64,000 nucleotides of DNA, from the NCBI GenBank assembly GCA_037132255.1, contig JBAXPN010000002.1, positions 76,433 to 140,432 of the forward strand, read 5' to 3'. Positions within the stretch are counted from its first letter, which is position 1. Each line of letters starts with the position of its first letter. Below are positions 30,054 through 39,286 of the stretch, in pieces. The position numbers and the translations under genes are program-made. Below the pieces are notes generated by a model. It was not told where the DNA came from. It ran no database searches and saw only the letters and a program-made list of their open reading frames with translations. This stretch comes from Candidatus Falkowbacteria bacterium. GTDB lineage: Bacteria; Patescibacteriota; Patescibacteriia; Patescibacteriales; UBA12465.

Positions 30054-31235
30054 TTATTTAGTGTCCTTAATTGACGCGATAAAGGCAAAGCCGGATAGGC
30101 TGATAATGGCCACAATTAGGAAGAGATAGTTAAGGGGAAATATCGACAGAATTAGAACAGCTAGCCCCGAGCCAATGACATAACCCAGAGGGGACGTGGT
30201 TCGGAAAATATTAATATGGACAACATCTTTTGCGCTTACTATTTTGAAAAAATAGGTTTCTCTCATGGCTTCGATTAGAGAAGCGCCAACTCGACTGAGA
30301 AAAAGAACGCTGGCCCAGATCCAAAAAGTAGTTACCTGGATATAGAAGAATAAAAATAGCGAACAGACTAAAATAAATAAGCCAAGGAAAAGAATCTCTT
30401 TCTCGCCGATATATTTATCGGCTATTATTCCTGCCGGAATTTCGAAAAGCAGAAAAGGAATAAGCATAATGGAAAACATTAATCCAAGAGATTGCCAGCT
30501 TATACCTAAATTTTGGTAAAGATAAATTGGGACATAAACCACAGCTGTGCTATAAAATAATTGAAGGATAAGTGAAATAAAGAATATCCCGCGAAGGTTT
30601 TTATTGTTCCATGACTTTTTAATAACTGCGCTAAGCTTTTCCTTGCTGTAGGCTACCTTATCTTTTAAGCGACGTCCTTGATAAAGAAAAACGAAGAAAA
30701 CTGGGATAGTTATTGAAGCGGCGATAAGAAAGGCTAATTGATAATCACCGAATTTAATTAAATAGCTTGAAAGGGAGGGCGCAATTATCCAGCCGAGATT
30801 AATAAAGGTAAAATATGTTGTTCTTGTTCGTCCGGTTGAAGAATTACTGGAAAATGTTTCAATAAGTACATCCATGTTTATCCAAAGGAGGTTCGTTGAG
30901 ATAGTAAATAAAGCTATTGATAAAAAAGCAGATAGGGGGTTATTTGTTACTACTAATGCTAAAAGAGAAACGCCGTGTATAACCAAAATTACTTTGGTCA
31001 GAAAAAAATTACTGAGAATCTTGATATATTTTGGAAAGGCGACGATGCAAAACACTGTTAAAGAATTAGCAATAATAAAGAAAACGCTTAAAGTTCTTAA
31101 ACTAACAAATTCATTCAAAAAATTTGATTGTATATAGGCAGGTAGAGCCGAGGATATCGCTAAAAGAAATCCAAGAAAATAAAGAATAAGTAGGCTTAGA
31201 CGTTTTTTAAATTCGGTCTTTTTTCGTTTTTGCAT
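30054..31235 (-). CDS. MFS transporter
   Basis: 393 aa with about 12 TM helices and a central loop. Overlaps the lgt 3' end by 29 nt. Confidence 0.6.
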   Translation of the reverse strand: MQKRKKTEFKKRLSLLILYFLGFLLAISSALPAYIQSNFLNEFVSLRTLSVFFIIANSLTVFCIVAFPKYIKILSNFFLTKVILVIHGVSLLALVVTNNPLSAFLSIALFTISTNLLWINMDVLIETFSSNSSTGRTRTTYFTFINLGWIIAPSLSSYLIKFGDYQLAFLIAASITIPVFFVFLYQGRRLKDKVAYSKEKLSAVIKKSWNNKNLRGIFFISLILQLFYSTAVVYVPIYLYQNLGISWQSLGLMFSIMLIPFLLFEIPAGIIADKYIGEKEILFLGLFILVCSLFLFFYIQVTTFWIWASVLFLSRVGASLIEAMRETYFFKIVSAKDVVHINIFRTTSPLGYVIGSGLAVLILSIFPLNYLFLIVAIISLSGFAFIASIKDTK

Positions 31236-32034
31236 GAGGGTTAAAAATAAGAATGAGTATCGAAATAAGAATTATAAATAAACTTATGACTTGTGGCCAG
31301 CGGAGGCCAAGGACACTTGGTGTTTCATCGATGCGGACAAACTCTAGAGTGAATCTTAATACTGAATATAATATCATATATAGAGCGACCATCCAAACAG
31401 AGAAATACTTATTAAGTTTTTTAGTCTTAATCAAATAGATGTTCATGAAGACAAGAATAAGAAATATTAGAAAACAACCAATACTTTCATAGAGAAAAGT
31501 CGGATGGAAATAGCTTGATGCAATGTAAGCCCAGGGACGATTCATTAAATCAATTGGTATACCCCAGGGCAGAGCAGTCGGTAGGCCGAATAATTCCTGA
31601 TTAAAATAATTTCCCCAGCGTCCGATAGTTTGAGCGAAAGCAAGCCCAGGAACAATCAAGGCAATGAGCGTCCAAATTGATAATTTATGGCGGCGCGCAA
31701 AGAAGTAGGAAGTTATAATGCCAGCGATTATCGCGCCGTGGATAGCGAGTCCGCCCTGCCAGATTTTTAGAATTGCGATTGGATTACTTATATAATAAGG
31801 TATTTGCAAACAGACATCATATAGTCTCGCGCCTAGAAGTCCGAAGATTATTAACCAAAAAGATAGGTCAAATAATTTATCCTTATCAATCTTATAGTAC
31901 TTAGTCATTCTAAAGCTTATAAGAAGAGCTGAAAGTATCCCTAGCACCATAAATAAGCCATACCAATATATTTGGAATGGGCCGAAAGAAAATAATATTG
32001 CCTGCGGATGGAAATTGTGAAGCCAAGTGATCAT
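31207..32034 (-). CDS. lgt: prolipoprotein diacylglyceryl transferase
   Basis: IYWYGLFMVLG, GARLYDV, WQGGLAIHGAIIAG and GRWGNYFNQELFG. Confidence 0.9.
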   Translation of the reverse strand: MITWLHNFHPQAILFSFGPFQIYWYGLFMVLGILSALLISFRMTKYYKIDKDKLFDLSFWLIIFGLLGARLYDVCLQIPYYISNPIAILKIWQGGLAIHGAIIAGIITSYFFARRHKLSIWTLIALIVPGLAFAQTIGRWGNYFNQELFGLPTALPWGIPIDLMNRPWAYIASSYFHPTFLYESIGCFLIFLILVFMNIYLIKTKKLNKYFSVWMVALYMILYSVLRFTLEFVRIDETPSVLGLRWPQVISLFIILISILILIFNPHAKTKKDRI

Positions 32035-32115
32035 AGCTAAATTTTAGCAATTTTAAGGCACGCTAGCAAATTAAATATAATAAAAACAGCGATATTATTA
32101 TCGCTGTTTCTTTTG

Positions 32116-32197
32116 TGCGGACGGAGAGACTCGAACTCTCAAGAGTTGCCCCGCTAGCTCCTAAGGCTAGTGCGTCTACCAATTTCGCCACGTCCGC
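32116..32197 (-). tRNA. tRNA-Leu (TAG)
   Basis: Long variable arm, anticodon loop CTTAGGA, acceptor GCGGACG/CGTCCGC. Confidence 0.9.
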
Positions 32198-32304
32198 TGG
32201 TATCGTTCATAACCGTATTCCTATATTAAACAATTATTTTTATAAAGTAAAGAATGTGTTATAATGGGAACATAAATTAAAATAAATTTATATTTAAATA
32301 TTAT

Positions 32305-34716
32305 ATGTTAAAAAACAAATTTGTACACTTTTTTTCAGAACTTGGCATCAAAGATGTGCCCCAAGTTGGTGGTAAAAACGCCTCACTCGGCGAAATGTAT
32401 GGTCATTTAGTTAAGAAAGGACTTCGCGTCCCGAATGGCTTTGCGACGACCGCATCGGCTTATCATTTTTTCATGGATTCAACGGGTTTAAAAAAGGAAA
32501 TCCAAGGAATACTGAAAGGACTTGATACAAAAAACGTAAAAGATTTAATGAAGCGTGGTGCTGAAATTAGAAAAATTATAATTGCTGCTGAATTGCCAAA
32601 AGATTTTTCGAAAGCAATTGCCGAAGCATATAAAAAATTATCAGATACTTATAAAATTAAAAATATTGATGTAGCCGTTCGTTCAAGCGCGACTGCCGAA
32701 GATCTGCCAGACGCCTCGTTCGCTGGCCAGCAAGAAACCTATTTAAATATTACCGGAGAAAAAGATTTGCTTTTAGCGGTAAAAAAATGTATCGCCTCTT
32801 TGTTCACAAATCGCGCGATTTCATATCGTGTTGATAAGAAGTTCGACCATTTTTCAATCGGGCTTTCAGTTGGCGTACAAAAAATGGTTCGCTCTGACCT
32901 TGGCTCATCGGGCGTTATGTTTACAATTGATACGGAGTCTGGTTTTAAGAATGCAGTCCTAATCAATTCGATATTTGGGCTTGGTGAAAATATTGTTCAG
33001 GGCAGAGTAACCCCGGATGAATTTTATGTTTTTAAACCAACGAAAGCAATTATCTCTCGAACCATGAGTAAGAAGGATATAAAAATGATCTATGACCTTA
33101 AAGGAAAAAATCCAGTTAAAAATGTTAGTATCCCAGAGAATGAGCAAATTAAACCATCCCTTAATGATAAGCAAGTAATTCAATTGGCTAAATGGGCGAT
33201 GATTATAGAGGATCATTATAAGCGCCCGATGGATATTGAATTTGCGCTCGATGGACGTACAAATGAATTATTTATTACTCAAGCTAGACCAGAAACTGTC
33301 CAGAGTATGAAGAATTGGCAAGTAATTGAGCATTATAAATTAAGTAAAAAAGGAAAATTGATTACCGTTGGCCAAAGTGTCGGCAATAAAATTGGAGCCG
33401 GTATCGCTAATCGTATGATGAGCGTTAAGGATATTAATACCTTCAAGCCGGGTCAGGTGCTCGTGACCGACATGACGGACCCAGACTGGGAACCGATTAT
33501 GAAAATAGCCTCGGCTATTGTTACTGACAAGGGAGGGAGAACTTGCCATGCAGCGATTGTTTCGCGCGAACTAGGAATCCCTTGCGTCGTCGGGACTGAA
33601 AATGGCTCTAAAATTATTAAGAGCGGCCGAACGCTAACTGTTGATTGTGCCTCCGGTGAAGAGGGCTATGTTTATGAAGGCAAAATTCCATTTGCAGTTG
33701 AAAAAACCGATATCAAAAATTTGAAGAAACCGAAAACAAAAATAATGATGAATATTGGAGAACCTGACTTGGCTTTCTCAACTTCCTTTATACCGAACGA
33801 CGGCGTCGGTTTAGCGCGACTAGAATTTATCATTAATAATTACATTAAAATTCATCCTCTTGCCCTAATAAATTACAATAAAATTAAAGATCCGATCGTA
33901 AAAAAGAAAATTGATGAATTAACCGCTGGATATAAAAATAAATCACAATATTTTGTTGACCGTCTGGCTCAGGGGATGGCACGTATTTGTGCAGCCTTTT
34001 ATCCAAAAGACGTTATTGTCCGTTTAAGTGATTTTAAAACTAATGAATATGCGAATTTAATCGGCGGTAAAGAATATGAACCGATTGAATCGAACCCGAT
34101 GATTGGTTTTCGAGGAGCCAGTCGCTATTATTCCCCGCTATTTTTGCCGGCTTTTAAATTAGAATGCCAGGCTATAAAAAAAGTGCGTGAAGAAATGGGA
34201 CTAAAAAACCTAAAAGTAATGGTACCCTTCTGTCGTACAGTTGAAGAAGGAAAAAAAGTTCAAGAGATTATGGCCGCTAATGGACTTAAGCGAGGACTAA
34301 ATGGTCTGGAGATTTATGTTATGGCGGAAATACCGGCAAATATTATTTTAGCGGAAAAATTCTGTCATATATTTGATGGTTTTTCTATCGGCTCAAATGA
34401 TTTAACTCAATTAACATTAGGAATCGATCGTGATTCCGGCGGGACACTTGAAGTAGCTGGCGTATCAAACGAAAAAAATGAAGCGGTTAAAGAATTAATT
34501 AAAACATTGATTAAGACCGCGAAAAAATATCGACGTAAGGTTGGAATTTGTGGACAAGGACCAAGCGATTTTCCTGATTTCGCCGAGTTCCTAGTAGAAC
34601 AAGGAATCGACAGTATTTCTCTTAATCCGGACACCGTTATCTCAACTACTATGGCCATCGCGCAGAAAGAAAAACAAATAAAGCGCAGTCGAGGAATACT
34701 TAGTTTATTCTTCTAA
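32305..34716 (+). CDS. ppsA: phosphoenolpyruvate synthase (pyruvate, water dikinase)
   Basis: GGKNASLGEM, the phosphohistidine region TDKGGRTCHAAIVSRELGIPCVVG, and a PEP-utilizer TIM domain (GFSIGSNDLTQL). Confidence 0.92.
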   Translation: MLKNKFVHFFSELGIKDVPQVGGKNASLGEMYGHLVKKGLRVPNGFATTASAYHFFMDSTGLKKEIQGILKGLDTKNVKDLMKRGAEIRKIIIAAELPKDFSKAIAEAYKKLSDTYKIKNIDVAVRSSATAEDLPDASFAGQQETYLNITGEKDLLLAVKKCIASLFTNRAISYRVDKKFDHFSIGLSVGVQKMVRSDLGSSGVMFTIDTESGFKNAVLINSIFGLGENIVQGRVTPDEFYVFKPTKAIISRTMSKKDIKMIYDLKGKNPVKNVSIPENEQIKPSLNDKQVIQLAKWAMIIEDHYKRPMDIEFALDGRTNELFITQARPETVQSMKNWQVIEHYKLSKKGKLITVGQSVGNKIGAGIANRMMSVKDINTFKPGQVLVTDMTDPDWEPIMKIASAIVTDKGGRTCHAAIVSRELGIPCVVGTENGSKIIKSGRTLTVDCASGEEGYVYEGKIPFAVEKTDIKNLKKPKTKIMMNIGEPDLAFSTSFIPNDGVGLARLEFIINNYIKIHPLALINYNKIKDPIVKKKIDELTAGYKNKSQYFVDRLAQGMARICAAFYPKDVIVRLSDFKTNEYANLIGGKEYEPIESNPMIGFRGASRYYSPLFLPAFKLECQAIKKVREEMGLKNLKVMVPFCRTVEEGKKVQEIMAANGLKRGLNGLEIYVMAEIPANIILAEKFCHIFDGFSIGSNDLTQLTLGIDRDSGGTLEVAGVSNEKNEAVKELIKTLIKTAKKYRRKVGICGQGPSDFPDFAEFLVEQGIDSISLNPDTVISTTMAIAQKEKQIKRSRGILSLFF

Positions 34717-34726
34717 AGCCCTGAAA

Positions 34727-34761
34727 TAAAAAAACATCCTGACGAAAGCCAGGATGTTTTT
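34727..34761. terminator. bidirectional intrinsic terminator
   Basis: aaaaaaACATCCTGacgaaagcCAGGATGTttttt between convergent ppsA and the 3D-domain gene. Confidence 0.75.
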
Positions 34762-34779
34762 TGATATGTAATTTGAAAA

Positions 34780-35409
34780 TTATTCTAGTACTTGGATTTT
34801 TGCAACCTTAACTCCGAATTGCATAGCGGCGCTGCGATTCTTCATCCAAACATCAACGCGGTTAGGATGTTTCTTGTTCATTCTATCGCGAACGACGAAT
34901 ATGCGATCTCCATATAAATCAGGAATTTTGACTTTAGTACCCATGGGCAAAAAGTTGGCCGCGATAGTATCTTCGATTCCGTGCTCACAGACATTGAAAC
35001 CATTAGCGGTTATACACGGACTATCGTCCGTCTGGCCAGCCTCTGAATTATAGGCAGTCATCGTATGGGTGCTTTCGCGAACGATTTTAATAGCCTTAGT
35101 GCTCGTTGCTAGAGTTGAGCTAGCTAAAGCATCGTCTTGATCTAAAACTTGGACGGTGCTAGTGGCGACTGGGCCGTTTTGCTTAGCCGCCTCAGGGTCC
35201 ATTCTACCGTCCTTGACCATCGAATCATTGCTGATTAGCTGTTCCTGGTCAAATCCTTGAGCGTTGGCCTCCTGGACAGCCTCATCAGCTAAAGCCGGGG
35301 CATAAAAGAAGGCAAATTGAAAGATACAAGCAATAATAGTGATAAGTACTACGTTTTGCTTTCTACTGAGAGGCACGATCTCCTCTCTGATGATTTGGAG
35401 TATTTTCAT
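34780..35409 (-). CDS. 3D-domain (MltA/RlpA-like double-psi barrel) cell-wall protein, membrane anchored
   Basis: TM anchor, then TMTAYNSEAGQTDDSPCITANG..VVRDRMNKKHPNRVDVWM, the conserved-Asp '3D' domain pattern. Confidence 0.65.
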   Translation of the reverse strand: MKILQIIREEIVPLSRKQNVVLITIIACIFQFAFFYAPALADEAVQEANAQGFDQEQLISNDSMVKDGRMDPEAAKQNGPVATSTVQVLDQDDALASSTLATSTKAIKIVRESTHTMTAYNSEAGQTDDSPCITANGFNVCEHGIEDTIAANFLPMGTKVKIPDLYGDRIFVVRDRMNKKHPNRVDVWMKNRSAAMQFGVKVAKIQVLE

Positions 35410-35430
35410 ATTGTTTAATATTAGCCAAAT

Positions 35431-35478
35431 AAAAAATCCCTACTGTATCAAGTTAAAAGATATTAAAGCAGGGATTTT
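35431..35478 (-). promoter_or_regulatory. terminator-like hairpin inside the 5' leader of the 3D-domain gene
   Basis: The minus strand reads AAAATCCCTGCT-(22 nt)-AGTAGGGATTTTTT, a 12-bp stem including one G.U, then a T-run about 25 nt before the ATG. Confidence 0.45.
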
Positions 35479-35539
35479 CTTGACTGATTATAGTATCATG
35501 GCTAATTGAAAAAGTCAAGATGGGCATGTTGATAAGTCA

Positions 35540-35568
35540 TTGACATATTCATTTATTTGTGCTATACT
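35540..35568 (+). promoter_or_regulatory. promoter (TTGACA-17-TATACT, TGc extended -10)
   Basis: TTGACAtattcatttatttgtgcTATACT upstream of 35665. Confidence 0.55.
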
Positions 35569-35664
35569 ATTATATTAATCAATTGATTAATAAAACAAAA
35601 AAAGAGCAGTATTTTGCTCATTAACAACTGAATATAAACAAACAAAAAAATACCAACCCAAACC

Positions 35665-36561
35665 ATGAAAAAAATCGTTATGATTTTGGCAGTTGTCATT
35701 ATTGCAATGACCGCCAGCAGCACCTTCGCTCAGAAAGTATTAGTTGACCAAAATAAGGTTGACGATCTGACAGCGAAAATCCAGGAGTGCAAAGTAAAAA
35801 TCGCACGAAACAACAACGACCTTGCTAAGGCGTACGACTACTCAACCGATATCAATAAACTTAAGTCGGAAATCGACACATTAAACAAAAAAAGTTTTGA
35901 TACCGAATATGGTAAGACCTTACGCGACGCAAGTGTAAAAGGAAAAATTGAAGAATTGAAAGCTCTTCAGAAAAAACAAAACCTTTACACGAGTCTTTCC
36001 TGGAAGAGAACCGAGAATGAAGCACTTTTGCTTCAAATTAAAAAGTATGAATCTGAAAAAAGCCGCATTTTCGACACCTACGTTGCTGAAACCTCTGTTC
36101 CCAAGGAACTTACTCGTCTCGAAGTAAAACGTCGCGAGCGCGGTTTGAAGATCGGCGAAAAGGATATGCTGTTAACAGTAGAAACAAAACGTGAAAATCG
36201 TATCGAAAACAACCAAGCAAAAAGAGAAGACCTCGGTTTTCAAAAAATGCTTAACGGTACTGTTAAAGCAGATTCAATCCTTGGGTATGAAGGATTTGTA
36301 TGGAACCTTACCACCTATTCTCGAATTCTTTTCGTTATTCGCAGTGTCGATAGTCATGGTAAGGTTTCGTCAGTTGAAACCGTTTCGTTTCTAACGAGTC
36401 CCGGTCAGAGAGTTACTTACAATCTTATTCCCGGTGAATATCACTGTGATGTATTTCGAGAAGGAGTAAAAACTGGTTTCTGGGATTTCAGCGTCACCCC
36501 GCAAAAACACAACGTTTTAGGTGAGTGGGTGCACTGGTCAGTCCAGCGTGAAGGAATATAG
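35665..36561 (+). CDS. secreted coiled-coil protein of unknown function
   Basis: Signal peptide MKKIVMILAVVIIAMTASSTFAQ, a long heptad-like Lys/Glu region, and a beta-rich C-terminal domain. Confidence 0.55.
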   Translation: MKKIVMILAVVIIAMTASSTFAQKVLVDQNKVDDLTAKIQECKVKIARNNNDLAKAYDYSTDINKLKSEIDTLNKKSFDTEYGKTLRDASVKGKIEELKALQKKQNLYTSLSWKRTENEALLLQIKKYESEKSRIFDTYVAETSVPKELTRLEVKRRERGLKIGEKDMLLTVETKRENRIENNQAKREDLGFQKMLNGTVKADSILGYEGFVWNLTTYSRILFVIRSVDSHGKVSSVETVSFLTSPGQRVTYNLIPGEYHCDVFREGVKTGFWDFSVTPQKHNVLGEWVHWSVQREGI

Positions 36562-36579
36562 TTTCACAAAACAAAAAAA

Positions 36580-36607
36580 TAAAGGCGACCCTTAAAGTCG
36601 CCTTTTT
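36580..36607. terminator. bidirectional intrinsic terminator
   Basis: aaAGGCGACccttaaaGTCGCCTtttt. Confidence 0.75.
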
Positions 36608-36630
36608 AATTTGTATTTGAATAAAAAGAA

Positions 36631-37068
36631 TTATACTTTAGGACTTCCAGAAGTACCGTCGCCGCCAACCCCACTTCCGCTAAATGGTAAATATTTGAAA
36701 ATAAAATAAGTAATGGCGTAAGCCGCTAAAACTATAACTAGTCCGATAATCGCTGTCTTAATCGTATCGACAGCTTTTTTAACTTGAGCATCGTTACCGC
36801 TCGCCGTCATCCACTGGAAACCAGCAATAATCATAAGCACTAAAAATATGGCCGCTAAAAATCCCAGAGCCGCCTGGATAATAGTTGCGATAATACTGCC
36901 TATTGAAGCTTTGCCTAATCCGCTCGCCGTTCCAAGTTGCTGAGTATTAGTTGTTAAATTTTGTAAAGCTCCGCCACTCGATTCGAGTAATTGAGCTGAG
37001 CTCGTTTGGGCAATTAAGAGAAGGCAGAATATTCCAGTAATAATGTATATAATTTTTTTCATATTCAA
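36631..37068 (-). CDS. TrbC/VirB2-like pilin paralog 6 of 6 (last in operon)
   Basis: Signal peptide ..SSAQ, TM1, the motif FQWMTASGNDAQVKKA, TM2, and a Gly/Ser tail. Confidence 0.7.
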   Translation of the reverse strand: MNMKKIIYIITGIFCLLLIAQTSSAQLLESSGGALQNLTTNTQQLGTASGLGKASIGSIIATIIQAALGFLAAIFLVLMIIAGFQWMTASGNDAQVKKAVDTIKTAIIGLVIVLAAYAITYFIFKYLPFSGSGVGGDGTSGSPKV

Positions 37069-37073
37069 TAAAT

Positions 37074-37469
37074 TTATTTTCCGCCTTTAATTAATTTGTC
37101 GAAAATAAACGTCCAAATTGCATAAGAGGAAAGGGTAATAACAAGGCCAATTACGGCGCGTTTAATTGAGCTCAGCGCCTTCTCTACTTTTTGTTCGTTA
37201 CCCGATGCTGTCATCCAGCTATAGCCAGCTATTATCATAAGAATAATGAAAATAGCGCCCAAGAGACCAAGAACGGCGCGGATAACTGTACCGACTACGG
37301 TCATTAAATTACTACTATCCCCAGTCGCATAGCCTCCCGTTTGGGCTACGCTGGTCAAAGTTCCAAGCATGGTTTTGTCATCTGTATTCTGCGCAAATAC
37401 AAAATAAGGTAGTATTAAAATCGCCGTTAAAATAAGAAGAGATGAAATTAATTTTAGATTTTTGCGCAT
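37074..37469 (-). CDS. TrbC/VirB2-like pilin paralog 5 of 6
   Basis: Signal peptide ..VFAQ, then YSWMTASGNEQKVEKA between two TM helices. Confidence 0.7.
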   Translation of the reverse strand: MRKNLKLISSLLILTAILILPYFVFAQNTDDKTMLGTLTSVAQTGGYATGDSSNLMTVVGTVIRAVLGLLGAIFIILMIIAGYSWMTASGNEQKVEKALSSIKRAVIGLVITLSSYAIWTFIFDKLIKGGK

Positions 37470-37473
37470 AATA

Positions 37474-37860
37474 TTATGGATTTATAAGTTGAGCACTGAA
37501 TATTTGAATAACGAAATAACTAATAGCGTAGGCACCAACAACAACAACGAGGCCGATTATAGATTCTTTTAGAATTTGGATTGCTTTGTCAGCTTTTTGT
37601 TCATTGCCGGAGGCGGTCATCCAGAGATAGCCGGCATAAACCATAAAAGCAATAAAGACAACGCCCAGAGCCGAGAGGACTACCGCAATAATATCGCCGA
37701 GCATGAGATTTAAAGTCCGGTCAGTTTTATAGGTGCTGCTGGCAACTTCTCCTGCACGTTTAAAAGCGTCTTGTAAATTAGCTGCCTGCGCTGCTTTAAT
37801 TGATAGCGAACTAAGCGCTAAGCTTATAATTGATACTAATTTTAGTCTCGGGATATTCAT
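37474..37860 (-). CDS. TrbC/VirB2-like pilin paralog 4 of 6
   Basis: Signal peptide ..AAQA, then YLWMTASGNEQKADKA between two TM helices. Confidence 0.7.
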   Translation of the reverse strand: MNIPRLKLVSIISLALSSLSIKAAQAANLQDAFKRAGEVASSTYKTDRTLNLMLGDIIAVVLSALGVVFIAFMVYAGYLWMTASGNEQKADKAIQILKESIIGLVVVVGAYAISYFVIQIFSAQLINP

Positions 37861-37868
37861 AATACAAT

Positions 37869-38279
37869 TTAAACAAGATTAGTGGCGCTAAAATATTTAA
37901 TTACATAATAGGCGATTGCATAGGCGGCGACGACAATAATTAAGCCAACAATAGCCTCGGTAATTTTGTTTTTAGCACGGGTTACTTTTTGGTCATTACC
38001 CTGAGCAGTCATCCATTCGATACCGGCCCATATCATAAAGGCGAGAAAAATAACTCCGACGAAACCCAGAACGATTAAGATTACGCGGCCGACGAGTTGT
38101 TCTGGAGTTGCGGATGATTCGTTATAACCCGCTGTGCTTCCGGTTGTCTTAAGACCGCTGCTTTCAGAGAATGAATAATCAGCGAGTACTGGAAAACTGA
38201 GGAATAGATTGAATATGAAAAAAAGACCCAAAATAATTGAGGACTTTTTTAAAAAATTGGCAGAGTTTTTGATCGTCAT
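37869..38279 (-). CDS. TrbC/VirB2-like pilin paralog 3 of 6
   Basis: Signal peptide ..VLAD, then IEWMTAQGNDQKVTRA between two TM helices. Confidence 0.7.
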   Translation of the reverse strand: MTIKNSANFLKKSSIILGLFFIFNLFLSFPVLADYSFSESSGLKTTGSTAGYNESSATPEQLVGRVILIVLGFVGVIFLAFMIWAGIEWMTAQGNDQKVTRAKNKITEAIVGLIIVVAAYAIAYYVIKYFSATNLV

Positions 38280-38281
38280 GA

Positions 38282-38686
38282 CTATTTATTTAGATCTTGA
38301 ACGAAGTTTCCGACAAAGCTAGTAATAGCATAAGCGGCAAAGATAATTATTAGGCCGATTATGGAATTAATAAGTAAATCTTTAGCCTTCGAAACCTGTT
38401 GATCGTTTCCTTGGGCCGTCATCCACATTATTCCGGCAAAAATCATCAGTATTAGAAATAGAACGCCGACAAAAGAGAGAACAGTTCCAATTATTTGTCC
38501 GGCTTTTGTTTGAATGAAGTTAGGGTCTTGAGTCCCAACTTGAGAGGCGAAAGCGGTTACTTTACCGGCAGTTGCATTAAGTCCATTAAGAGTATCATCA
38601 GCGTGGGCAAATTGAGCAATACCTAGTCCTGTAAAAACTGAAAAGACAAGTAAAAATACAGAGGAAAAGATAATTTTTTTAGACAT
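38282..38686 (-). CDS. TrbC/VirB2-like pilin paralog 2 of 6
   Basis: Signal peptide ..FAHA, then IMWMTAQGNDQQVSKA between two TM helices. Confidence 0.7.
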   Translation of the reverse strand: MSKKIIFSSVFLLVFSVFTGLGIAQFAHADDTLNGLNATAGKVTAFASQVGTQDPNFIQTKAGQIIGTVLSFVGVLFLILMIFAGIMWMTAQGNDQQVSKAKDLLINSIIGLIIIFAAYAITSFVGNFVQDLNK

Positions 38687-38702
38687 AGTAAGATAAGTTA
38701 TA

Positions 38703-38743
38703 CACTGCTCTAAGCATAAGAATATCTTATGGTTAGAGCAGTG
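38703..38743 (-). promoter_or_regulatory. 41-nt near-perfect palindrome between pilin paralogs 1 and 2
   Basis: CACTGCTCTAAgCATAAGaatatCTTATGgTTAGAGCAGTG (11 + 6 bp). No clean T-run follows on either strand. Confidence 0.6.
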
Positions 38744-38773
38744 ATTCCCATGAGTATGAGAACCACTTATAAT

Positions 38774-39169
38774 TTAAGCACCTCCAATAGCGTTGCTCAT
38801 AGTTGTGATCATGTAAGTAGCTATAGCCCACGCCGCAAGAATGATAATTAAACCAATAACGCCAGCACCAAGCAATTGCTTAGCTTCGCTAACCTTATCT
38901 TCATTACCGGCCGCAGTCATCCATTTGAAACCGCCAAATAAAATGAGACCTACGGCAATTACGCCTAAGAATCCTAGAGCGAAAGTGATAATTCTGCCAA
39001 TCATTGCTCTTGGGTCGCCCTCAGCAAGACTACCATTTAATCCGTTGTTGACTGCGTCAACACCGAAAATATAGTTTTGATTTTGCGCCAATGCTGGTAA
39101 TGTAAAAAGCGGTAGAACTAAAAAGGAAACAATAGCAAAGGCGATTAAGTGTTTTGATATTTTTTTCAT
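38774..39169 (-). CDS. TrbC/VirB2-like pilin paralog 1 of 6 (first in operon)
   Basis: Strong SD AAGGGGGGTGA 5 nt before the ATG; signal peptide ..ALAQ; FKWMTAAGNEDKVSEA between two TM helices. Confidence 0.7.
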   Translation of the reverse strand: MKKISKHLIAFAIVSFLVLPLFTLPALAQNQNYIFGVDAVNNGLNGSLAEGDPRAMIGRIITFALGFLGVIAVGLILFGGFKWMTAAGNEDKVSEAKQLLGAGVIGLIIILAAWAIATYMITTMSNAIGGA

Positions 39170-39286
39170 ATTTCACCCCCCTTCTTTTTAGATAATTATA
39201 CTTTACGTCTTTAATCTTAGCATAGTAATTAAAACAAGACAAATAAATTCATCCATGTTAAAATTAAATCAGAATGCATATTTTTC

